Source: Spirochaetia bacterium (lineage in GTDB: Bacteria > Spirochaetota > Spirochaetia > DSM-2461). From it: a stretch of DNA of 64,000 nt. The notes under the pieces are model-generated. The model did not search any database. It had not been told where the DNA came from and saw only the letters and a list, made by a program, of their open reading frames with translations. Of this stretch, positions 20,002-29,998 are shown piece by piece. The first letter of the stretch is position 1; each line of letters opens with the position of its first letter. The position numbers were made by a program, and so were the translations under genes. The stretch is from contig CAXXIA010000001.1 in the NCBI GenBank assembly GCA_963666985.2, forward strand, positions 352,001 through 416,000, in the 5' to 3' direction.

Positions 20002-20919
20002 TTATATTCGATTTTGAAGCCGCGTGATTTTCGTGTCGATCCGGTCGATTTCGGCTTCGATATCGGCTCTTTTACGGACCAGCTTCACCCGTTCCTGCTG
20101 AAGTTTCCATATATAGGCCTGGACATCATGGATTTCGTTATCCATATATTCTTCAACAACATCTCGGATCAGACGTCCCGGAAGCGCCGGATCATTTTTA
20201 TTGCGGCGAAGGGCCTCTTCAAAGGCGGCTTTTCGGTTCTCTTCATCTTTTAGCCGCCCGAATTGCGCCGCCGAGCTCGTGGTGAGGGAGTGAGCGGCAT
20301 CGGCGGTTTTGTTATTTTCGGAAGTTTTTTTTCCCTTCGCCGCGTTTTGAGCATCGGCGGCGTCCGGTACGTCTTCCGGTTCGTCGGCGTCCGCGGGAAA
20401 AGTCTCGGCGGACGCGTCATCGGCGGTTTTTAAAACGGTGTTCGGCTCGGAATCCCCGGAGTCGTCTTCTTTGTCGGTCGATGAGCGCAGCAGGGACTCA
20501 CGGGCCGAACCGGCCCCGACGATAGCGGAAACCCATTGGGCCGATTTCCCGAGTCTTGCCCCAACCTTTTCTTGGTTCCCGTGTTTCTCCACCAGAATGG
20601 CGACTCCTCGTTCAAGGTCTTCCGGCGGCAGAGCCTCGGCCTGAATGTTTTCCACGAGCTGGAATTCCACGAGATCCGCTCCGGAGAGGGGTTTTATAAT
20701 GCGCGCCAAGAAATTAATGCCCAAATGACGGCAGGCATTGGCTCGGCGGTGACCCGTCGCAAGGCGGAATTGATTCTCTTCCCACCAGCCTGTTCCGGGT
20801 TCCAGCTGTCCGTGCTCTTGAATGGATGCGGCAAGAGCACCTGTTTCATCGAGGATGCTTCGAATGTTCGGTGACGACCAGTCTATGTTTTCCGGAGGGA
20901 TTTCTTGTATGTCGATCAT
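20002..20919 (-). CDS. ParB/Srx N-terminal domain protein
   Basis: LAASIQEHGQLEP, LATGHRRANA, LVENIQ, HTH-like QEKVGARLGKSAQWVS, and a C-terminal coiled coil. Confidence 0.8.
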   Translation of the reverse strand: MIDIQEIPPENIDWSSPNIRSILDETGALAASIQEHGQLEPGTGWWEENQFRLATGHRRANACRHLGINFLARIIKPLSGADLVEFQLVENIQAEALPPEDLERGVAILVEKHGNQEKVGARLGKSAQWVSAIVGAGSARESLLRSSTDKEDDSGDSEPNTVLKTADDASAETFPADADEPEDVPDAADAQNAAKGKKTSENNKTADAAHSLTTSSAAQFGRLKDEENRKAAFEEALRRNKNDPALPGRLIRDVVEEYMDNEIHDVQAYIWKLQQERVKLVRKRADIEAEIDRIDTKITRLQNRI

Positions 20920-23312
20920 GATTCAGACGATCCGATACTGTTTTGCTTATCTTCTTTCGTTATTTCCTTAATATGATACAGCCGTGAACCGAAGTCGCCC
21001 ACCAAGCGGATCTGCTCGTTATAGCCCGTGCCGATGAACTGATTCGGCAGTCTGTATCCGGCATACATCAGTTCATCTCCGCCGGCTTCGAAGGAATCTG
21101 TTTTCTGTTCGAACATATAATGATTGCTCACCATCGTATGAACAACACCGTCGGCCTTCATCTTGACCGGACTGATCTGATTTATCAAATCTCCGAAGGC
21201 TTTGATGTTCAAATACTGAGTTCGTCCGCCAACCGCATAAAGAGCATCTTCTTTCAGCCCCAAGGGCCTGATGTCTTCGAATCCCATGTTCGGTTTCTGG
21301 AGTTTCTGATAATCACCCACCATGGCTTCCGAGCCGTCTTCACTGACGACCATCCAGAGAGTTCTGTTCGAATCAAAAGGTGATTCGATACGGTGGAACC
21401 GGCCGAACTGGAACAGATTGCGATGCTCCTTATAGAATTCAATCTGCTTGGTAATCACTTTCTTGTCGAAAGCGTTGATTTTCGTTACATCCAGCTCGTA
21501 GCCCAGAAGTCCGAACGCCGCTGTATTGAACCGCGTTTCGATGGGCGTATTTCGAAGAACCTGGTGAGACGGTTCACCGCTGACATGAGCTCCCATGGTT
21601 GAGAGAGGGTAGGCGAATGAGGTGCCGTATTGGATGTCGAGACGTTCGATCGCGTCGGTATTGTCGCTGGTCCAGGTCTGCGGCATGTAATAGAGCATGC
21701 CTGCGTCGAATCGGTTCCCGCCGCTGGCGCAGGATTCGAAAAGGATATCCGGAAATCGTTTCTTTAGATGATCAAGGATTGCATAAAGGCCCAGAACATA
21801 GCGGTGGACAAGTTCTTTTTGGCGTTCAGGGGGCAGGGCGGCGGAATATGCATCGCTGAGATTCCGGTTCATGTCCCATTTCACATAGCTCACGCCGGAG
21901 CGTTCAAAAAGATCCGTTAAGGTTGTTTTTAAATACTCAACAACCTCATCGTTGGCTAAATCCAGCATCAGCTGATGGCGGCCCTTGGAAGGCGGCCGAT
22001 TCGGCAATTTTATCGCCCAATCGGGATGTTCTTCATAAAGACGGCTTTTTTCATTCACCATCTCCGGTTCCACCCAGAGACCGAATTCCAGTCCGAGTTT
22101 CCGAATCTTGGAACCGAGCCGCTCCAATCCTCCGGGAAGTTTCTTTTTGTCTTCAAACCAGTCCCCGAGACTGCTTGTATCATCGTCCCGTTTGCCGAAC
22201 CATCCGTCGTCCAGAACAAAAAGTTCAATGCCCAGTTTCGCCGCTTCACCGGCAAGGGCAAGAAGTTTCTGCTCATTGAAATCAAAATAGGTGGCTTCCC
22301 AGTTGTTCAGAAGCACCGGTCGCGGAACGCCTTGCCACCGGAGCGGAATGATATGATGGTTGATGAAATCATGAAAGTTTCGGCTCATGCCGTTCAGGCC
22401 TTCGTTCGACCAGGTTAACAGGGATTCGGGTGCCTGAAAGGATTCACCGGCCTCCAGCCTCCAGGAAAAATCGAAGGGATTAATTCCCATCTGCACGCGC
22501 AAAAGATCGTGCGGACTAACCTCCGCGCTTGCCATGTGGCTGCCGCTGTAGACCAGAAGAAATCCGTAAGCTTCGCCCTCCGTCTCTCCTGTTCGTTCAC
22601 CGGCGAGGCACAGAAAAGGATTGTGATTCGCGCTGCTGACGCCTTTTTTGGAATCGATGGAGAACATCCCTTCCCGCAAGGGGGCGCGATGAACATGCCG
22701 TTCCCGAATCCATTTTCCGTCCAGGGTAATCACATCGAAATTCGATCGGGGAAAATCCAGGTTGAAGCTCATCAGCTTTTCCGTGATAACCGGCGAATCG
22801 CCGACATTGATTAGGCGGATGCTTCGGGTAATGATGTCCCGTTCGGAAAAGACGGAATAGCTCAGTTCCGCTTTAATGCCGACGAGATTGTCCGAGAGCG
22901 TTATTACGAGGGTTTGAACATCGCTTTCACCGTCCGCGGGAAACGATGAAGGCAATCCTTCAAGCGGCTCTTTTCCGTTATAAATACGGTGGGATTCATA
23001 CGTACAATCAAGAACACGGGAACCGTCTTCAAAAAGCAAGGATAAGGATGGCTCCCTATAGTCGCCTTTTCCGTAAGAAGCCGCTTCCAGCCGTGTTGAA
23101 TCGAGAGTGAAATGAGCGGTTTTTTCATCGTAGTTCGTACTGCCGCCGGGAGCGAGAGCAAAGTTCCGGTAAAGCCTGATGTAGTCGGATTTTTCGCGGA
23201 TACGCCGACCGTAATAGAGCGTGGAAAGGTGTCCGGAAACGAGAACTTTCATGATATAGCTGGTGTTTTGCGTGGAAAGGTGAAATTCTCCTTTACCGGT
23301 ATCGTGGATCAT
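20916..23312 (-). CDS. Alpha-galactosidase, GH36
   Basis: Motifs LLNNWEATYFDF, LFVLDDGWFG, FGLWVEPEMV, YVKWDMNR, CASGGNRFD, WTSDNTDA. Confidence 0.95.
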   Translation of the reverse strand: MIHDTGKGEFHLSTQNTSYIMKVLVSGHLSTLYYGRRIREKSDYIRLYRNFALAPGGSTNYDEKTAHFTLDSTRLEAASYGKGDYREPSLSLLFEDGSRVLDCTYESHRIYNGKEPLEGLPSSFPADGESDVQTLVITLSDNLVGIKAELSYSVFSERDIITRSIRLINVGDSPVITEKLMSFNLDFPRSNFDVITLDGKWIRERHVHRAPLREGMFSIDSKKGVSSANHNPFLCLAGERTGETEGEAYGFLLVYSGSHMASAEVSPHDLLRVQMGINPFDFSWRLEAGESFQAPESLLTWSNEGLNGMSRNFHDFINHHIIPLRWQGVPRPVLLNNWEATYFDFNEQKLLALAGEAAKLGIELFVLDDGWFGKRDDDTSSLGDWFEDKKKLPGGLERLGSKIRKLGLEFGLWVEPEMVNEKSRLYEEHPDWAIKLPNRPPSKGRHQLMLDLANDEVVEYLKTTLTDLFERSGVSYVKWDMNRNLSDAYSAALPPERQKELVHRYVLGLYAILDHLKKRFPDILFESCASGGNRFDAGMLYYMPQTWTSDNTDAIERLDIQYGTSFAYPLSTMGAHVSGEPSHQVLRNTPIETRFNTAAFGLLGYELDVTKINAFDKKVITKQIEFYKEHRNLFQFGRFHRIESPFDSNRTLWMVVSEDGSEAMVGDYQKLQKPNMGFEDIRPLGLKEDALYAVGGRTQYLNIKAFGDLINQISPVKMKADGVVHTMVSNHYMFEQKTDSFEAGGDELMYAGYRLPNQFIGTGYNEQIRLVGDFGSRLYHIKEITKEDKQNSIGSSES

Positions 23313-23600
23313 GATTCGCTCCTTTCAAATAATGCCGTTGTTTTATGAGATCAGAGAGTTCATCGTGAAGGAACAAAATCAATCGGTCAATAAGGTTATG
23401 ATTTATAAATTTCTGTGTTAAAAAGAGGTGAGAGAGCGAGACTTAACAGCTGATTCGCAAAACGAAACAGCGAACCGATATTTAAACGATTCTCAGCCCT
23501 TTAAAAAAATCGACCGGGTCTATCGGGATTCGTTCAAAAAAGGCGGGAAAAAGCGAATGGGCGGGAAACGGCGACCGGTGCATCGGCCGCCGTTCGTCAG

Positions 23601-25328
23601 TTAGCCTACGCGGCGGTTCGTATAAGAAGTGTGCAGAAGATGATGCGATTTTTCTCCGAGCGGTTCAATCAAGAACTCTTCATACAGTTTTTTGATGGCC
23701 GGATTTTCATGGGACTTTCGAATCTCCATATTCCGATCCACCCGGTAGAGAGCGTCGATCCTTTTCTGTCTTTGGGCATTCGTAGAGCCATAGGGCTGTC
23801 CGCCGCCGCCGATGCAGCCTCCGGGGCAGCACATCACTTCAATAAACGTATAGTCGTTTTCTCCCGATTTAATGGATTCCATAATCTGTTTCGCATGCGC
23901 CAGTCCATGAGCCACGGCGACCTTCACAGGTGTTCCGGCCAGATCCACTTCGGCTTCTTTAATACCTTCCATCCCCCGAACATCTTCGAATTCCACTTCT
24001 TCGAGTTCTTTACCGGTCACAACCTCGTAAACCGTTCTTAAAGCCGCTTCCATAACACCGCCTGTCGCACCGAAGATGGCGGCGGCACCTGTGGAAATCC
24101 CCAGAGGATCATCATATTCGCTTTCTAAAAGCGTGTTGAAATCAATTCCCGCCGAACGCAGCATTCGGCCCAGTTCCCGGGTGGTTAATGCCACATCCAC
24201 ATCACGATAACCGCTGTCGTTCATTTCGGGCCTCTGTGCCTCGTGCTTTTTCGCCGTACAGGGCATGATGGAAACAACAAAGATATCTTCCGCCGGAATT
24301 CCGCTTAGTTGAGAATAGTAAGTTTTCGCCAGAGGACCGAACATCTGCTGAGGCGATTTGCACGTCGATACATGAGGCAAGAGTTCGGGATAATACTGTT
24401 CGATGTAGTTGATCCATCCGGGACTGCAGGAAGTGAGCATGGGCAGTACCCCGCCGTTTTGCAGACGATGAATCAGCTCATGACCTTCCTCAATAATGGT
24501 CAGATCCGCGGTAAAATCGGTATCAAAAACCTTGTCGAATCCCAAAGCCCTCAGGGCACCGACCAGTTTGCCGGTGGAGATTTCCCCCGGCGGGGAATTA
24601 AATTCCTCGGCGATGGAAACCCTTATGGACGGAGCCGTCTGAACCACGACATGTTTCCTTTTATCATCAAGCGCAGACCACACTTCGGAGGTTTGATCTT
24701 TCTCATAAATGGCGCCGACAGGACAGGAGAGAACGCATTGGCCGCAGAGGACGCATCCCACTTCGGAAAGACTTTTACCATATTCGGGAGAAACACAGAT
24801 ATCCGTACTTCTGTTATGGCTGTAGAGGATTCCGACTTCTTGAACATGATGGCAAACCTCGGCGCATCTGCCGCACTTGATGCATTTGTTATTGTCTCGG
24901 ACCAGAGCGGTGGAAGAGAGGTCTAAAGGAAGCCTTTTTTCCTTCTTTTCCGCCTGAATTACCGTTAATCCCAGCATGTCCGATAATTGTCTGAGTTCGC
25001 AGTTCCCGTTGCGAATACACGTAAGGCATTCCTGGGGATGATCCGCCAAAATTAATTCGACAATGGTTTTGACCGTTTCCCGTACCCTTAAGGTATTGGT
25101 GAGGATGCTCATACCTTCTTCAACCACCGTGGAACAGGAAGGTACAAGGTTTTTTCGTCCTTCGATTTCAACAACGCAGACACGGCAATTTGCCTTGACG
25201 CGCTGATCCGGATGATGGCATAAGCTGGGAAGCTTGATCCCGTTTCTTTTGGCCGCTTCCATTATGGTTATTCCCGAAGGAACGGTTATATGATTTCCGT
25301 TCAGACGAATGGCGATATTCTCCTTCAT
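23601..25328 (-). CDS. hydA: [FeFe]-hydrogenase group A catalytic subunit
   Basis: H-cluster motifs TSCSPGW, MPCTAKKHE, EVMCCPGGCIGGGGQP; N-terminal [2Fe-2S], His-ligated [4Fe-4S] and two CxxCxxC ferredoxin motifs. Confidence 0.95.
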   Translation of the reverse strand: MKENIAIRLNGNHITVPSGITIMEAAKRNGIKLPSLCHHPDQRVKANCRVCVVEIEGRKNLVPSCSTVVEEGMSILTNTLRVRETVKTIVELILADHPQECLTCIRNGNCELRQLSDMLGLTVIQAEKKEKRLPLDLSSTALVRDNNKCIKCGRCAEVCHHVQEVGILYSHNRSTDICVSPEYGKSLSEVGCVLCGQCVLSCPVGAIYEKDQTSEVWSALDDKRKHVVVQTAPSIRVSIAEEFNSPPGEISTGKLVGALRALGFDKVFDTDFTADLTIIEEGHELIHRLQNGGVLPMLTSCSPGWINYIEQYYPELLPHVSTCKSPQQMFGPLAKTYYSQLSGIPAEDIFVVSIMPCTAKKHEAQRPEMNDSGYRDVDVALTTRELGRMLRSAGIDFNTLLESEYDDPLGISTGAAAIFGATGGVMEAALRTVYEVVTGKELEEVEFEDVRGMEGIKEAEVDLAGTPVKVAVAHGLAHAKQIMESIKSGENDYTFIEVMCCPGGCIGGGGQPYGSTNAQRQKRIDALYRVDRNMEIRKSHENPAIKKLYEEFLIEPLGEKSHHLLHTSYTNRRVG

Positions 25329-26590
25329 GCGGACATCTCCTCTGCATAACGAACGCAGCCGTTCATATACTCATCTCGGTAATATTTCAGTGACGATTTA
25401 AGACTGTTGCCCGCCGCCTGCCCGAGTCCGCAGAAGGAGGCGTCTTGCATTACACGTGTATACCGATCAAGCCGATCCAGATCTTCTTCGGTTGCTGTTC
25501 TTTTATTCAGCTTTTCAAGAAGGATGTTGACTTGCCGGAGACCCTCACGGCACGGAGTACATTTCCCGCAGCTTTCATGGAGAAAAAAACGAACTCGATT
25601 TCGAACATTTTCGAGAATATCTCGCGTGTCGTCCAAAACAAAAAGTGCTCCGGAACCGATGGTTATTTCTTTTTCCATACAGCATCGATATTCCAAGAGC
25701 GTATCAAGCATTTCCGAGGGAACCAGAACACCCGAAGCTCCTCCGATATTAACGGCTTTCACCTTCCGGCCGTCCTTCGGTCCCCCGCCGTATTCGTAAA
25801 CGATATCGTGGAAACTTGTTCCGTAGGGAACTTCATACAGACCGCGTCTTTTCACATCGCCCGAGAGCGATATAAGTTTTGTTCCCGGACTGTCCTCGGT
25901 TCCTATGGAGCGGTACCACTCGGCACCCTTCTCGATGATTTTCGGGATGTTCGCAAGGGTTTCCACATTGTTGATCAGCGTCGGTTTTCCCAAGTAACCC
26001 GCTTCGGTTGGGTAGGGAGGCTTCAGCCGAGGCCGCCCCTTTTTCCCTTCGAGAGATGATAAGAGGGCCGTTTCTTCACCGCATAAATAACTGCCGGCTC
26101 CCGAAAAGATTTCAAGGTGAAGAGAAAACTCGCCGCCGAGTATATTTTTACCGAAAAGACCGGCTTTTTCAGCCACCGTTATGGCGTTCTTTATCTTTTC
26201 CTGCGCTTCAGGATATTCATGCCTGACATAAATAAATCCTTTTTCGGCTCCTGCCGCGTAAGCGGCGATAAGAATTCCTTCCAGCAGCTGAAAAGGCAGA
26301 TGCGTCAGTATAAATCGATCCTTAAAGGTTCCGGGCTCTCCTTCATCGGCGTTGCAGATGATGAAACGTTCCTTTTCAGAGGCGGAGGCGACCATACCGA
26401 TTTTTATTCCGGTAGGAAAAGCGGCTCCGCCGCGGCCTCTGAGACCGGCGCGATTCAGTTCCTCCACTATGAATGAGGAATCTTGGGACATCACTTTGCG
26501 GAGTGCCGAGAATCCGCCTCTTGAAACGTAGGAATCCAGATCGATAAATTCATCGAAATCGGTATTGAAAATCCAATTGCTATTCTTCAT
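25325..26590 (-). CDS. hydB: NuoF-like flavin/NADH-binding hydrogenase subunit (short form)
   Basis: Motifs LRGRGGAAFPTG, NADEGEPGTFKDR, CGEETAL, NNVETL, ESCGKCTPCREG, SFCGLG. Confidence 0.9.
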   Translation of the reverse strand: MKNSNWIFNTDFDEFIDLDSYVSRGGFSALRKVMSQDSSFIVEELNRAGLRGRGGAAFPTGIKIGMVASASEKERFIICNADEGEPGTFKDRFILTHLPFQLLEGILIAAYAAGAEKGFIYVRHEYPEAQEKIKNAITVAEKAGLFGKNILGGEFSLHLEIFSGAGSYLCGEETALLSSLEGKKGRPRLKPPYPTEAGYLGKPTLINNVETLANIPKIIEKGAEWYRSIGTEDSPGTKLISLSGDVKRRGLYEVPYGTSFHDIVYEYGGGPKDGRKVKAVNIGGASGVLVPSEMLDTLLEYRCCMEKEITIGSGALFVLDDTRDILENVRNRVRFFLHESCGKCTPCREGLRQVNILLEKLNKRTATEEDLDRLDRYTRVMQDASFCGLGQAAGNSLKSSLKYYRDEYMNGCVRYAEEMSA

Positions 26591-27053
26591 CCGTTTGCTC
26601 CATTTTTTTTATGATTTCTACGGCGCTTTCCGGAGTGAGATTCCCGAAAACCTGATCGTCGATTTTCATTGCCGGCGACATATAGCAGGCACCGAGACAG
26701 TTGACAATCTCAAGAGTAAAAAGACCGTCTTCAGTGGTTTCATTCACATCAATGCCCAGTTTGTCTTTGACGGCTCTATGGATCGCTTCTTTACCTGCGT
26801 TTTCACACGGAGCATTACAGCAAATCCTGATGAGGTGTTTTCCCCGGGGAACTAAAGAAATTTCACTGTAGAATGAAGCGGTTGAATACACCCTGCTTCT
26901 GGAAAGATTTAATTTCTCGGCAATTTCTTTTACGTTCTCCTCGCTGATGTAATTACAAGGATTTTTTTTCTGATACTCCAGTAAAACGGGAAGCAAAGAA
27001 TGACTTTGTTCGGACGTTAATGAAGATGCTTTTTCAACGAGAACCATGCTCAT
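26580..27053 (-). CDS. hydC: NuoE-like [2Fe-2S] hydrogenase subunit
   Basis: Motifs ASFY, IRICCNAPC, NCLGAC..SPAM; first gene of the operon. Confidence 0.9.
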   Translation of the reverse strand: MSMVLVEKASSLTSEQSHSLLPVLLEYQKKNPCNYISEENVKEIAEKLNLSRSRVYSTASFYSEISLVPRGKHLIRICCNAPCENAGKEAIHRAVKDKLGIDVNETTEDGLFTLEIVNCLGACYMSPAMKIDDQVFGNLTPESAVEIIKKMEQTDEE

Positions 27054-27866
27054 TAATTAACCTCTCTTTTTGGTTTTTGCGATTCTATTTTGCCTCAATA
27101 ATGAATGTCAATTAATATGTTTTTATCTATAATGGTTATATTTAATTCGCATAATGATGCTTGATAGTGCAAAAATGATTCTTGTAAGAGCGTAAAAGAT
27201 GGTATATCCGGCTCTCGATAATTTGATAATAAATGTTCTGTATTGTAATGATTTTTATCGATATTTTATTTATGAAATATATTTTGGATATTGCAGAGTA
27301 TGAAAGTGATATCTGTTGTTCATGAAAAAGAGCCCTCTTATGATGAGCTGTAAAAAGGATAAAAATATCGATAAAATGAGAATGATTTTACTGCGTTTTT
27401 TTATACTGTTTTTTATCTCATGAAAAAGGTGCGTTCTTAATTCTTAACTTATCGAGAAAATCGAACTGTTCCGGCTTATAATCGGAATTATGAAAAAGTC
27501 TCGTATTTCTCGGATTGCTTTCAGCCCGGCTTCATCGACTCTTATAGCGGTTCTTCCGCTTCCGGCGAGTATCCCGGTCAGCCGGTAATGGGCCTTCTTA
27601 ACATCTCCGAGACCGCGGCGGGATTCGATTGGACGGGATTCACTTGGCGGACCTTGGGGATTCTTACAGTGATTACCGTTCTCTTGTTCTTCTTTTTAAA
27701 CGATATAAAGAATTGAATATAAAAGAGGGAGCGTTGTTTCAGCCGATGAGTTCGGTTTCGATTTTGAAGCCACTATTTCCAAACTTATCGTTTCAGGTAA
27801 ACTTGTTCGCAGGGAACGCATCAGCATGATTCCCGATTGATTCATCGACAAGCCGGGGAGGTACTG

Positions 27867-28481
27867 ATGAATATGGATTCCTGGATAACAGCCTTTTTGG
27901 CCCTTTTTGCGATTCTCAATCCTCTGGGACTTATTCCGCTGTTTACGGAATTTACCGAAGGTTTGGGAGCAAAGGACCGAATTAAGGTTTACAACATAAC
28001 CGTCCTAACCGGTTTCTCGACGATGGCCGTAATGACGTTTTTGGGCGAATGGCTGATAAAAAATCTTTTCCAGATTGATATCGTCGAGTTCCGGATCGCA
28101 GGCGGCATTCTTTTAACGATAATCGCCGTTAAATACATTGTTTTTCCGCAAAAGGAAGAAGCATCCGAAACAAGTGCCGAAGAAATACGGGCGAAAGCCA
28201 TGGAATCGGGGATCGTTCCCATGGGTGTTCCGCTTTTGGTCGGTCCCGGATCTATCGTTACCGGTATTCTGATAATGGATAAGAACGGATTTGTCGTAAC
28301 TTTTACCGCCCTTATTTCCGTTTTCATTACGTGCTGGGGCTTCTTTCAGCTTTCACCTGTTATAAGCCGCCTTATGGGAAAGGTGGGAAGACTTGTTATC
28401 AGCCGTGTTCTTTGGATCTTTATTGCCGCAACCGGTGTGCATTTGCTGCTCTCCGGAATACGGGAGATGTTCGGCATTTAA
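27867..28481 (+). CDS. MarC family integral membrane protein
   Basis: Motifs LFAILNPLG, FRIAGGILL, VPMGVPLLVGPGSI. Start moved to ATG 27867 after GGAGG. Confidence 0.88.
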   Translation: MNMDSWITAFLALFAILNPLGLIPLFTEFTEGLGAKDRIKVYNITVLTGFSTMAVMTFLGEWLIKNLFQIDIVEFRIAGGILLTIIAVKYIVFPQKEEASETSAEEIRAKAMESGIVPMGVPLLVGPGSIVTGILIMDKNGFVVTFTALISVFITCWGFFQLSPVISRLMGKVGRLVISRVLWIFIAATGVHLLLSGIREMFGI

Positions 28482-28521
28482 CGGAAAGCGGATTCGCTGA
28501 GATTCAAGTTTTTCGTCATTA

Positions 28522-29901
28522 TCAATGTTCGGCGGTGAATCCCGTTGAGAGAGAAGCGCTCTTTCCCAGATTTCTGACTTCTCTTACAAGCAGAACGGTT
28601 GTAAGGAGTGTTGAAAGAATATCGGCAATAGGGAAAGAGAACCAAACGCCCGAGGTTCCGATAAACCTGGATAGAATCAACACGAGCGGCAGGAGAATGA
28701 TGAACTGCCTGGAGAGACCCAAAATAAACGACTCATTCGGTTTCCCGACCGATTGGAAATAACTGGATCCGGTTATTTGAATCGCCGCAAAGGGAATCCC
28801 CAAAACCATGATTCGCAGAATACGGGCGCCTTCCGTGCGAAGGGTGCCTTCGGCGCCGAAAAGCGCCATGCAAAACTGCGGCATAATCATCATGATGAGG
28901 TATCCGATAAGGGACGTTAAGAATGCGACGAACAGCGCAAGAGACAGACTTGATTTCACACGGTCAAAACGTTTGGCTCCATAGTTATATCCGGCTATGG
29001 GCTGAAAACCTTGCGCAATACCGACTATCGGAAAAATTATAATACTGTTGAGTCGGGAGATCATACCGAAAATGGCTATTGCGTCGTTTCCGCCGTATGT
29101 TCCGAGCGTATTATTTATAACGAGCTGAAGAAGGCTCATCCCCGCCGATTGAACGAAAACCGGTATACCGAGTACCGTCATTTCGGGAACCAGCGAGAAG
29201 TCGGGCCGGAAATGCTTTTTATTGATGGGAATATTGGAATCCCCGCGGGCATAGATGAAGAGAAAATAAACACATGTGAAGAATTGTCCGATTATGGTGG
29301 CCACGGCCGCTCCGCGAACTCCCATTCCCAGAACGATAATAAGAATAGGATCGAGGATGATGTTAAGAATCGCTCCGATGGCCATTCCTATCATTGCGGA
29401 GCGGGCATTCCCTTCCGATCGGATCAGATTGCTGGCACCCATTCCCAGCGCGAAGAAGAAGAAACCGGGTGCGACGATGGAAATATAGTCGACGGCATAG
29501 GGCATTATTTCATCGGTCGCGCCGAAAAGCCGGAGGACCGATTCCTTAAAAATAAGGAGAATAACGATAAGAAGAAACGTTGCCGTTACGATGATTGTGT
29601 ATGCCGTGCCGGTTGCGCGCGCGGCCGCATCCGAATCCTTGGCACCGAGGCGTCGTGACGTTATTGATGCGGCACCGACGCTGATTGCTTGAGCAAAGGA
29701 AGAAACAAGCATCTGCAGCGGGAAGACGATCGAAAGCGCCGCTATGGCAAGAGGACCCACCCCATGACCGACGAATATTGTGTCTACAATGTTATAAAGT
29801 GCGTTGATTATCATGGCTACCGTAGCAGGCAGAGCCATGCGAAAAAGCAGCGGAAGTACGGCTTCCTCACCGAGAATCTCGCTTCCTTTATTTGGCTTCA
29901 T
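28522..29901 (-). CDS. MATE family efflux transporter (MepA-like)
   Basis: Motifs LYNIVDTIFVG, NIILDPILI..GMGVRGAAVAT, QPIAGYNYGAK. Confidence 0.93.
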   Translation of the reverse strand: MKPNKGSEILGEEAVLPLLFRMALPATVAMIINALYNIVDTIFVGHGVGPLAIAALSIVFPLQMLVSSFAQAISVGAASITSRRLGAKDSDAAARATGTAYTIIVTATFLLIVILLIFKESVLRLFGATDEIMPYAVDYISIVAPGFFFFALGMGASNLIRSEGNARSAMIGMAIGAILNIILDPILIIVLGMGVRGAAVATIIGQFFTCVYFLFIYARGDSNIPINKKHFRPDFSLVPEMTVLGIPVFVQSAGMSLLQLVINNTLGTYGGNDAIAIFGMISRLNSIIIFPIVGIAQGFQPIAGYNYGAKRFDRVKSSLSLALFVAFLTSLIGYLIMMIMPQFCMALFGAEGTLRTEGARILRIMVLGIPFAAIQITGSSYFQSVGKPNESFILGLSRQFIILLPLVLILSRFIGTSGVWFSFPIADILSTLLTTVLLVREVRNLGKSASLSTGFTAEH

Positions 29902-29949
29902 TTCTTTTCTCCTTAGCCTTCTTGATCATTGCATATGCGGGTTATGTAT

Positions 29950-29965
29950 GCAAGTAGTTGCTTGC
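29950..29965. promoter_or_regulatory. Candidate TetR operator
   Basis: Imperfect palindrome GCAAGTAGTTGCTTGC (12 of 16 positions symmetric) between the divergent MATE and TetR genes. Confidence 0.5.
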
Positions 29966-29998
29966 TTTATCGCGAATATTCATATAATATGATGAAAC

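Noticed and set aside
20002..20919. Plasmid or prophage partition locus
   Set aside because: No ParA, replication, integrase or phage genes are present, and no parS-like repeats were seen.
25325..27053. Respiratory complex I nuoEF
   Set aside because: The genes overlap an H-cluster hydrogenase gene and no membrane nuo genes are nearby.
27629..27829. 66-aa ORF upstream of the MarC gene
   Set aside because: TTG start without an RBS and no recognisable motif.
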